Positions 56,701 to 64,000 of a stretch of 64,000 nt of DNA are shown here, piece after piece. Source of the stretch: Candidatus Krumholzibacteriia bacterium (lineage in GTDB: Bacteria > Krumholzibacteriota > Krumholzibacteriia > JAJRXK01); contig JBGPIA010000006.1 of the NCBI GenBank assembly GCA_041484665.1, positions 32,001 to 96,000 of the forward strand, given 5' to 3'. The translations under genes were made by a program, and so were the position numbers. The stretch's first letter is position 1. Each line of letters starts with the position of its first letter. The notes beneath the pieces are model-generated. The model did no database searches. It was not told the origin of the DNA and saw only the letters and a list, made by a program, of their open reading frames with translations.

Positions 56701-57948
56701 ATGGCTTACCCGGCTGCGGTCAAGGACGCCTATCGTTCGGATCTGAGCTCGATCCGCGAGAAGGGACTGTACAAGGAGGAGCGGTACATCCACTCACCCC
56801 AGTCCGCGGGCATCCAGGTCGAGTACCCGGAAGGCTCGCAAACCAAGCGGGTGATCAATCTCTGCTCCAACAACTACCTCGGGCTTTCGAGCCACCCCGC
56901 GGTCATCGCCGCGGCCCACCGCGGCCTGGATGAGCGCGGCTACGGGATGTCCAGCGTCCGCTTCATCTGCGGCACGCAGGACATCCACCGCCAACTCGAG
57001 CACAAGCTGACGGAGTTCCTCGGCACCGAGGACACGATCCTCTTTCCCAGCTGCATGGACGCCAACGCCGGAGTGTTCGAGGCGATCCTCGGACCGCAGG
57101 ACGTGATGATCTCGGACCGGCTGGTGCACGCCAGCATCGTCGACGGCATCCGGCTCTGCAAGGCGATGCACGATACCTACAAGCACGCCGACATGGCCCA
57201 CCTGGAGGAGAAGCTGAAGGAGCACCAGGACAAGCGGATCCGCCTGATCATCACCGACGGCAACTTCTCCATGGACGGCGACCTCGCCCCGCTGGATGAG
57301 ATCTGCGCGTTGGCCGAGCAGTACGGCGCGATGGTGTTCGTGGACGACAGCCACGCCACCGGATTCATCGGCAAGACCGGCCGCGGCGTGCACGAGCATT
57401 TCGGGGTCATGGGGAAGATCGATATCATCACCACGACGCTGGGCAAGGCCCTGGGCGGAGCCAGCGGCGGCTGCGTGTCCGGGCGCAAGGAAATCGTGGA
57501 GCTATGCCGCCAGCGGGCGCGCCCCTATCTCTTCTCCAACGCGGTGCCACCGCCGATCGCGTACGCCGCGCTGGAGGTCCTGAAGATCCTCAGCTCCACC
57601 ACGGAGCGGCGGGACAAGCTGGAAGAGAACACCAGGTTCTGGCGCAGGGGCCTCGGGGAGGCCGGGTTCGTGGTGAAGGAGGGCGAGAGCCCCATCGTTC
57701 CGATCATGCTCTTCAACGCTGCGCTCAGCCAGAGCATGTCGCGTGACCTCTTCCAGGAAGGCGTCTACGCGGTGGGGTTCTTCTTTCCCGTCGTGCCGGC
57801 AGGTCAGGCGCGCATCCGCACGCAGCTCTCCGCGGATCACGACATCCCGATGCTCCAGAATGCCCTGACGGCATTCAAGAAGGTGGGCGAGAAGCACGGG
57901 ATCCTCGGCCTCGACAAGAAGGGGATCATCGAGAAGTACGGGCTGTGA
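56701..57948 (+). CDS. kbl: Glycine C-acetyltransferase (2-amino-3-ketobutyrate CoA ligase)-like alpha-oxoamine synthase
   Basis: GLYKEER, NLCSNNYLGL, SVRFICGTQDIH, HASIVDG, FSMDG, DDSH, TLGKALGGASGG, RPYLFSN, ARIRTQ; 1 bp after the carrier protein gene. Confidence 0.9.
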   Translation: MAYPAAVKDAYRSDLSSIREKGLYKEERYIHSPQSAGIQVEYPEGSQTKRVINLCSNNYLGLSSHPAVIAAAHRGLDERGYGMSSVRFICGTQDIHRQLEHKLTEFLGTEDTILFPSCMDANAGVFEAILGPQDVMISDRLVHASIVDGIRLCKAMHDTYKHADMAHLEEKLKEHQDKRIRLIITDGNFSMDGDLAPLDEICALAEQYGAMVFVDDSHATGFIGKTGRGVHEHFGVMGKIDIITTTLGKALGGASGGCVSGRKEIVELCRQRARPYLFSNAVPPPIAYAALEVLKILSSTTERRDKLEENTRFWRRGLGEAGFVVKEGESPIVPIMLFNAALSQSMSRDLFQEGVYAVGFFFPVVPAGQARIRTQLSADHDIPMLQNALTAFKKVGEKHGILGLDKKGIIEKYGL

Positions 57949-58026
57949 GCGAAGTCCGTGACCCAGGCGATGTACGTGACGTGAGCGAAGTATGGGACGT
58001 GAGCGAAGTATGGGACGTGAGCGATG
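57931..58026. repeat. 18-bp tandem repeat filling the kbl-ALDH junction
   Basis: GAGAAGTACGGGCTGTGA / GCGAAGTCCGTGACCCAG / GCGATGTACGTGACGTGA / GCGAAGTATGGGACGTGA x2 / GCGATG. Confidence 0.88.
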
Positions 58027-59451
58027 AACGCGTTCGAGACCTATGCCGATGAGCTCCTGGGCCGGGCCCGGGAGGCGGCCCTGCAATTTCGAGTCTGCGA
58101 CCAGGCGCAGGTCGACCGGATCGTCGAGGCGGCGTTCTGCGCCGCCTTCGACGCACGGGTCGATCTGGCGCGTCTGGCCGTGGAGGAGACCGGCATGGGG
58201 GTCTTCGAGCACAAGGTCGTCAAGAACGCCTGGTCGAGTCTCCTCATCTACGAGCACATCCGCCATCGGCAGACTGTAGGCGTTCTCTCCGACGATCCGG
58301 AGCGCGGGATCACGGAGGTCGCACAGCCGATCGGACCGGTGCTGGCACTCACGCCCCTCACCAATCCGACGTCGACCACGATCTTCAAGGCGCTCATCTG
58401 CCTCAAGACGCGCAACCCGGTCATCTTCAGCCCGCACCGCAGCGCCCGGAAGTGCTCGCGTGAGGCGGCACGGATCATGTCCGAGGCGGCGGTGGCGGCC
58501 GGGGCGCCGCCCGATTCGATCCAGTGGATCACGAAGGCCCAGTCGGAATACCTCGACGCGGTGATGCGCCACCGCGGGCTGGCCATGATCCTCGCCACGA
58601 GCACTGTCGCGATGGTGCGGCGCGCTCAGCGCTCCGGCACCCCAACGCTCGGCGTCGGGCCGGGCAACGTTCCGGTCTACGTGCACGCTTCGGCCGACAT
58701 CCCGTTCGCGGCCCGCATGATCGTGCACTCGAAGACCTTCGACAACGGGACCGTCTGCGCGAGCGAGCAGTCGCTGGTCGTGGAGCCCGAGGTGGACCGG
58801 CAGATCCGGCCGTTGCTGCGTGAGCGCGGCGCGTACTTCTGCAATCCCGAGCAGACTGCCGCGCTCGGCCCGCTCTGCTTCGATCCCGAGTCGCAATCCA
58901 TGAAAGCCGAAATTGTGGGACAGCCCGCTGCGGTCATCGCGCAGCGGGCCGGCTTCCCGGTTCCGCAGGGGACGCGCCTGCTGGTTGCGGAGGTAGGGGG
59001 TGTCGGATCGGCGCACCCGCTGTCCTACGAGATCCTGGCGCCGGTCCTGGCTTATCACCGGGTGCCCGACTATGCAGCCGCCCTGGACGTCTGCCGCGCC
59101 GTCACGCACCTCGGCGGCGTCGGCCATACGGTCGGCGTCTACTGCAACGACGAAACGGTGGTGGCCGATTTCGCTGCCATGGACGCCGCGCGCATCCTGG
59201 TGAATACGCCGACCACCGAGGGTGCCCTGGGGGGGATCTTCAACCATCCCCCGCCGTCGCTGACCCTGGCCTGCGGGCCGAGCGCCGGCAACCTCACCAC
59301 CGACAACATCACGATCGACCACCTCCTGAGCACCCACCGCGTAGCGCGGCTGCGGCTGAATCACCGGTGGCAGGAGATCCCGCGTGAAGTGTGGCTCGAC
59401 CACAGCGTGCGGTCGGACGAGATTCGCAAGCTGTACAATCGCAACTATTAG
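58024..59451 (+). CDS. CoA-acylating aldehyde dehydrogenase (AdhE N-terminal/EutE-like)
   Basis: ETGMGVFEHKVVKN, PLTNPTSTTIFK, GVGPGNVP, KTFDNGTVCASEQS, EILAP, GHT, PSLTLACG. Confidence 0.9.
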   Translation: MNAFETYADELLGRAREAALQFRVCDQAQVDRIVEAAFCAAFDARVDLARLAVEETGMGVFEHKVVKNAWSSLLIYEHIRHRQTVGVLSDDPERGITEVAQPIGPVLALTPLTNPTSTTIFKALICLKTRNPVIFSPHRSARKCSREAARIMSEAAVAAGAPPDSIQWITKAQSEYLDAVMRHRGLAMILATSTVAMVRRAQRSGTPTLGVGPGNVPVYVHASADIPFAARMIVHSKTFDNGTVCASEQSLVVEPEVDRQIRPLLRERGAYFCNPEQTAALGPLCFDPESQSMKAEIVGQPAAVIAQRAGFPVPQGTRLLVAEVGGVGSAHPLSYEILAPVLAYHRVPDYAAALDVCRAVTHLGGVGHTVGVYCNDETVVADFAAMDAARILVNTPTTEGALGGIFNHPPPSLTLACGPSAGNLTTDNITIDHLLSTHRVARLRLNHRWQEIPREVWLDHSVRSDEIRKLYNRNY

Positions 59452-59610
59452 CCGGCGGGCCGGCCCGCACGCTCACGGGACTCCGTCCGGGCGCCCCCCT
59501 CCGGTGGTTTCTTGTTCCGCCCCCGCCCGTGTAGAATACGGGTGGTCGGCGGCCCGCTGCGGTCTGACACAAGGCACTCGACCGAAAGGCACTGGACCGA
59601 AAGGACGGCA

Positions 59611-60618
59611 ATGAACGCACGATGTAGTCTGGTGTGGGCGGCCTGCCTGCTGGGGACGCTCGGCGCTTCAGCCAGCCTCGCAGCGGCCAGCGAACGGCCC
59701 AAAGCCGCGGGCATCTACCCCGTGCAGGAGCAGTTCGTGGACGCCAACGGCGTGCTGATCTATACGGTTTCCCTCGGGCGGGGCGACCCGTTGGTGGTGC
59801 TGCACGGCGGGCCGGGCGCGTCCCATGACTACCTCCTCCCCCATCTGCTGCCGCTCGCCCGGGACAATCGCCTGGTCTTCATCGATGAGCGCGGCTCCGG
59901 CAAGTCGGAGAGGCTGGAAGACGCAGCAAGCTACACGGTCGAGGCGATGGTCGAGGACGTGGAGGCCGTGCGCAAAGCACTGCGCCTGGGCACCATCAAC
60001 CTGCTGGGGCATTCGTACGGCGGCGTGCTCGCACAGGCCTATGCCTTCAAGTACCCATCGAACCTGGCGCACCTCCTGCTGTGCAGCACGTTCCACAGCA
60101 CGAAGGCGATGAATGAGGTATTCCAGCGCATGCTGCAGAAGATGCCGCCGGAGCAGCGGGAGCGGATCGAGAAGATGGAGGCCTCTGGGCTGTTCGGCCA
60201 CGGCAAGGACTACGAGAAGAACCGCTACGCCAACGACTACATGATCGCCGCCTGGGGCGAGGGGTACTTCCCCTACCTCTACCAGAACCGACCCGACCCC
60301 AACTTCGACCCGGTGCAGATGGGCAACACCTCGTGGGAGCTCTACCGTCAGATGTGGGGCTCGCACGGGGAGTTCGTGATCGATGGCAATCTGGTGTCGG
60401 TCGAGTATGGCGACCGGCTGGGGACGGTTCGCGTGCCGACTCTGATCACGGTGGGTGACCACGATGAGTGCGACCCCTCGCTGGCCCGGGCGATGCACGA
60501 GCAGATCGCCGGGTCGAAGCTGGTGGTCTTTCCCACAAGCGGGCACATGACCTTCGTGGATCAACCGGGATTGTTCATCCACGCCGTCGACGAGTTCCTT
60601 CACCCAGCGTCGAAGTGA
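59611..60618 (+). CDS. Secreted proline iminopeptidase-like alpha/beta hydrolase (S33)
   Basis: Signal peptide; LHGGPG, DERGSGKS, GHSYGG, GDHDE, SGHM. Confidence 0.88.
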   Translation: MNARCSLVWAACLLGTLGASASLAAASERPKAAGIYPVQEQFVDANGVLIYTVSLGRGDPLVVLHGGPGASHDYLLPHLLPLARDNRLVFIDERGSGKSERLEDAASYTVEAMVEDVEAVRKALRLGTINLLGHSYGGVLAQAYAFKYPSNLAHLLLCSTFHSTKAMNEVFQRMLQKMPPEQRERIEKMEASGLFGHGKDYEKNRYANDYMIAAWGEGYFPYLYQNRPDPNFDPVQMGNTSWELYRQMWGSHGEFVIDGNLVSVEYGDRLGTVRVPTLITVGDHDECDPSLARAMHEQIAGSKLVVFPTSGHMTFVDQPGLFIHAVDEFLHPASK

Positions 60619-60714
60619 GCGCTCTCTGACGAACTGCGGTGACCCGCTTCGGGTCCACGATACGCCCGCATCCCGATCCAAGCCACGCTCTCGCCCCCCC
60701 CGAGAGAGACCGTC

Positions 60715-61941
60715 ATGTCGCTTGCGAAGCTCAACGCCGCCCTGGTCCAGGACGTCGCCGCGCTGGCCGCCGAAGGCCGCGCCAAGGCGGCCGAGCGGGT
60801 CATTGTCGGGTACGTCCCGCCCACGGGCGACCGCGGCCCGCGCTGGAAGCTGCGCGGCGCGCCTCAGGATTTCCTGCGCATGAACTCCAACAGCTATCTG
60901 TCGCTGTCGCACCACCCGGCGATGATCGAGGCGGCCGATCAGGTCGCGCGGGAGTTCGGCGTAGGCCCGGGCGCCGTGCGCTTCATCGACGGCACCTTCC
61001 AACAGCACGTCGGACTGGAGGAGCGCATCGCGCGTTTCATGGGCAAGCCGGCGGCGAGGATCTTCAACTCGGCGTACACGGCCAACCTCGGCCTGGCGTT
61101 GACGCTGAGCGGCCCACGCACCTACTGGATCGGCGACGAGCTCAACCACAACTGTATCATCCGCGGCATGCGCATCGCCGGTGTGCCCAAGGAGAACCGC
61201 ACCATCTACCGGCACAACGACCTCGATGAGCTGACGATGCGCCTCAACGGCGTGCCCACCAGCATGGACCGCGTCGTCGTGATCTTCGACGGCATCTTCA
61301 GCATGCGCGGTGACAACGCCCCCCTGGACCGGATCGACGCGCTGATCGACCAGCACCGCGGCCGCTTCAGCGAAGGGATCGTCACCGTGATGGACGATTC
61401 GCACGGAATCGGCGCCTATGGGGCCGCCGGACGCGGCACCGAGGAGCACTGTCGGACTGCGGCCGACGTCGTCGTCGGCACCTTCGGCAAGGCCTTCGGG
61501 GTCAATGGTGGCTTCATCGCCAGCAGCGAGGAGCTGATCGAGGCCGCCCGCCAGAAGGCGGACACCTACATCTACAGCAATCCCCTGAGCGTGGCCGACT
61601 GTGCCGCCGCTGCGGTTGCTGTCGACCTGGTGGACGGCTCAGAAGGCCGCTCACGCCTTCGGGACCTCCACGCTCGTGTCCGCCAGTTCCGCGACGGTCT
61701 GACCCGCCTGGGCTGGGAATCGATCCCGGGGCCACACCCGATCGTGCCCCTGCTCGTCCGCAGCACCGAGCGCAGCCGCGCGCTGGTCCAGCGCTGCTTC
61801 GATCGCGGCGTCCTGGTCGTCGGCCTCGACTACCCAGTGGTTCCGCGCGGCGACGAGACGATTCGTTTCCAGATCAACGCGGCCCATACTGCGGCCGACA
61901 TCGACACCGTGCTCGCTCTGCTGGAGGAGTTCCGCAACTAG
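60715..61941 (+). CDS. Second alpha-oxoamine synthase (Kbl/BioF-like, PLP)
   Basis: MNSNSYLSL, GPGAVRFIDGT, DELNHNCII, DGIFSMRGD, DDSHG, TFGKAFG, IRFQ. Confidence 0.88.
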   Translation: MSLAKLNAALVQDVAALAAEGRAKAAERVIVGYVPPTGDRGPRWKLRGAPQDFLRMNSNSYLSLSHHPAMIEAADQVAREFGVGPGAVRFIDGTFQQHVGLEERIARFMGKPAARIFNSAYTANLGLALTLSGPRTYWIGDELNHNCIIRGMRIAGVPKENRTIYRHNDLDELTMRLNGVPTSMDRVVVIFDGIFSMRGDNAPLDRIDALIDQHRGRFSEGIVTVMDDSHGIGAYGAAGRGTEEHCRTAADVVVGTFGKAFGVNGGFIASSEELIEAARQKADTYIYSNPLSVADCAAAAVAVDLVDGSEGRSRLRDLHARVRQFRDGLTRLGWESIPGPHPIVPLLVRSTERSRALVQRCFDRGVLVVGLDYPVVPRGDETIRFQINAAHTAADIDTVLALLEEFRN

Positions 61942-62048
61942 GCCGCCGGCGCCGACCCACCCGGGATTTTGCAATATCATCCGAGCGCGTGCCGCACTAG
62001 AATGCCCCGGGTTTCCCCATCCCCACGACCACGATCCAGGAGGAGACG

Positions 62049-63884
62049 ATGAGAAGCCATCGGCGCGGTGCTCGCGGTGTGCGCGGCGCTCGCGGCCTGC
62101 GCGGTGCGCGCGGTGTGCGCGGCCCGCGCGGAGCACGCGGTGCCCGCGGAACACGCGGTGGATTGGTCGCTCTGGTCGCGCTGGCCGTGCTCGGCGCCGC
62201 CGCTTGCTCACAGCAGAAGTCGCAGCCAGCGCCCCAGCAGCAGACGCCGCCCTCCAGCGCATCGGCCGGCCAGTCCACCCCATCCACTTCGTCCGCCTCA
62301 TCCGCCATGACGACCCACAAGGCGCTCGCGACCTACACGCCGGTGCGCCTGAGCACCAACATGACGGCGCTCACCGACAAGGACCACGAGACGATCAAGC
62401 TGCTGATCGAGGCCTGCCAGGCGGTCGACGAGATCTTCTGGCTGGAGGCCTACGGGGGCAAGCAGGCGCTGCTGTCGGGCATCTCCGACCCACAGCTGCG
62501 CCGGTTCGCCGAGATCAACTACGGACCTTGGGACCGCCTCAACGGTGACGCACCCTTCATCGAGGGCGCGGGCACGAAGCCGCTGGGCGCCGGGTTCTAT
62601 CCCAAAGACGTGACCAAGGCGGAGTTCGAGGCTGCCTGCGCCGAGTCCCCCGCGCGCGCCAAGGAGCTCAAGGACATCTACTCGGTGGTCCGTCGCGACG
62701 CGGGCGGGCGGCTGATCGCCGTCCCGTACCACGTGGCGTTCAAGGAGCAGATCGAGCGCGCAGCGGACCGGCTGCGCGCCGCCTCGGCACTGGCCAGCGA
62801 CGCGGGCTTCCGCCAGTACCTGGAGCTGCGCGCGCAGGCGCTGCTGCGCGACGACTATCAGCCCAGCGACGTGGCGTGGCTCGACATGAAGAACAACACG
62901 CTCGATGTGGTGATCGGGCCCATCGAGAACTACGAGGACGCCCTGATGGGGATCCGCACCGCGCACGAGGGCTTCGTGCTGGTCAAGGACCGGGAGTGGA
63001 GCAAGCGCCTGGCGCGCTACGCACAGCTCTTGCCCAAGCTGCAGCGCGGGCTACCCGTTCCCGATGCCTACAAGCGCGAGACGCCGGGCAGCGACTCGGA
63101 CCTCAACGCCTACGACGCGGTCTATTTTGCGGGCGACTGCAACGCGGGCTCGAAGGTGATCGCGATCAACCTCCCCAACGACGAGCAGGTGCAACTCCAG
63201 CACGGCACCCGGCGACTGCAGCTCAAGAACGCGATGCAGGCAAAGTTCGAGAAGATCCAGGTTCCGATCGCCGACGTCTTGATCGCTCTGGACCAGCGCA
63301 AGCACATCCTGTTCGACGCGTTCTTCGCGAACATCATGTTCCACGAGGTGGCACACGGCCTGGGCATCAAGAACACCATCAACGGCAAGGGGACCGTGCG
63401 CGAGGCGCTCAAAGAGCTGGGTGGTGCACTGGAGGAGGGCAAGGCGGACGTGCTGGGCCTCTACATAGTGACGCGGCTGCACGATATGGGTGAGCTCGGC
63501 CAAACGAGCGTGATGGACAACTACGTCACCTACCTGGCGGGCATCTTCCGCTCGGTGCGCTTTGGCGCCTCCAACGCCCACGGGCGCGCCAACCTGGCGC
63601 AGTTCGGCTACTTCCAGAAGATGGGGGCGTTCACGCGCACCAGCGGCGGCGGGTACCGCGTCGACTTCGAGAAGATGCGCACGGCCGTCGACTCGTTGTC
63701 GGCGAAGATCCTGAAGCTGCAGGGGGACGGCGACTACGACGGCGTGATGGCGTACCTGCCCAAGGCCGGCGAAATGGACCCCACACTCAGCGCCGACCTG
63801 GGCCGTCTGGCGAGTGCCGACGTGCCCGTCGACATCGTGTTCGAGCAGGGAATGGACGCGCTGATGGCCGGTGAGAAGCCTTAA
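62049..63884 (+). CDS. M49/dipeptidyl-peptidase-III-like zinc peptidase lipoprotein
   Basis: NYGPWDRL, GFYP, IGPIENYED, AINLPNDE, HEVAHG, LEEGKAD, RSVRFG; lipobox AAAC; AGGAGGAG RBS. Confidence 0.87.
   Translation: MRSHRRGARGVRGARGLRGARGVRGPRGARGARGTRGGLVALVALAVLGAAACSQQKSQPAPQQQTPPSSASAGQSTPSTSSASSAMTTHKALATYTPVRLSTNMTALTDKDHETIKLLIEACQAVDEIFWLEAYGGKQALLSGISDPQLRRFAEINYGPWDRLNGDAPFIEGAGTKPLGAGFYPKDVTKAEFEAACAESPARAKELKDIYSVVRRDAGGRLIAVPYHVAFKEQIERAADRLRAASALASDAGFRQYLELRAQALLRDDYQPSDVAWLDMKNNTLDVVIGPIENYEDALMGIRTAHEGFVLVKDREWSKRLARYAQLLPKLQRGLPVPDAYKRETPGSDSDLNAYDAVYFAGDCNAGSKVIAINLPNDEQVQLQHGTRRLQLKNAMQAKFEKIQVPIADVLIALDQRKHILFDAFFANIMFHEVAHGLGIKNTINGKGTVREALKELGGALEEGKADVLGLYIVTRLHDMGELGQTSVMDNYVTYLAGIFRSVRFGASNAHGRANLAQFGYFQKMGAFTRTSGGGYRVDFEKMRTAVDSLSAKILKLQGDGDYDGVMAYLPKAGEMDPTLSADLGRLASADVPVDIVFEQGMDALMAGEKP
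62064..62162 (+). repeat. 11 x 9-bp in-frame repeat (CGCGGNNNN = RGx) in the signal-peptide n-region
   Basis: Encodes RGA RGV RGA RGL RGA RGV RGP RGA RGA RGT RGG. Confidence 0.88.
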
Positions 63885-64000
63885 GCCGCCGGAGCCGGAA
63901 GGTCCAGCGCTGCGTGGTCGTCGCGCGCGGCCTGTTCGTCGCCCGCCGCACCCGGCCGCTGCCGTGGCGCAGGCTCGCTCGAAGACCCCGCGTGGCCGGG

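Overview
A 64 kb stretch of very GC-rich bacterial chromosome. Two proteins end in a FlgD-like Ig C-terminal domain, which suggests an Eisenbacteria/Krumholzibacteriota/Latescibacterota-type organism (inference only). No rRNA, tRNA, CRISPR array, transposase or phage gene is recognisable. In order, the window holds: an OPT transporter; an FG-GAP lipoprotein; an NADPH:F420 reductase-like gene; a B12 radical SAM gene; a TetR-TolC-MFP-RND efflux operon; a secreted cysteine-peptidase-like FlgD protein; a TPP riboswitch with thiC; a sigma54-preceded type IV minor-pilin/PilY1 operon; a ~300 bp nested palindrome; an OmpA-like protein lacking its C-terminal domain; adenosine deaminase; copA; outer-membrane genes; an NtrC-type two-component system fused in an operon with an S41 peptidase; cytochrome c and a degenerate S9-like protein; mltF; a methyltransferase; a TPR protein; a TIGR03960-type radical SAM fusion; YbhB; an acpS / acetate-ligase / carrier protein / Kbl / acylating aldehyde dehydrogenase cluster; proline iminopeptidase; a second Kbl-like enzyme; and an M49-like peptidase. 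Three things stand out. (1) The acpS-ligase-ACP-kbl-ALDH cluster looks like a carrier-protein-tethered acetyl/glycine pathway with altered motifs. (2) The nested palindrome carries the same asymmetric bulge in both orientations. (3) Short tandem repeats are pervasive and appear to be seeded at gene starts and stops.
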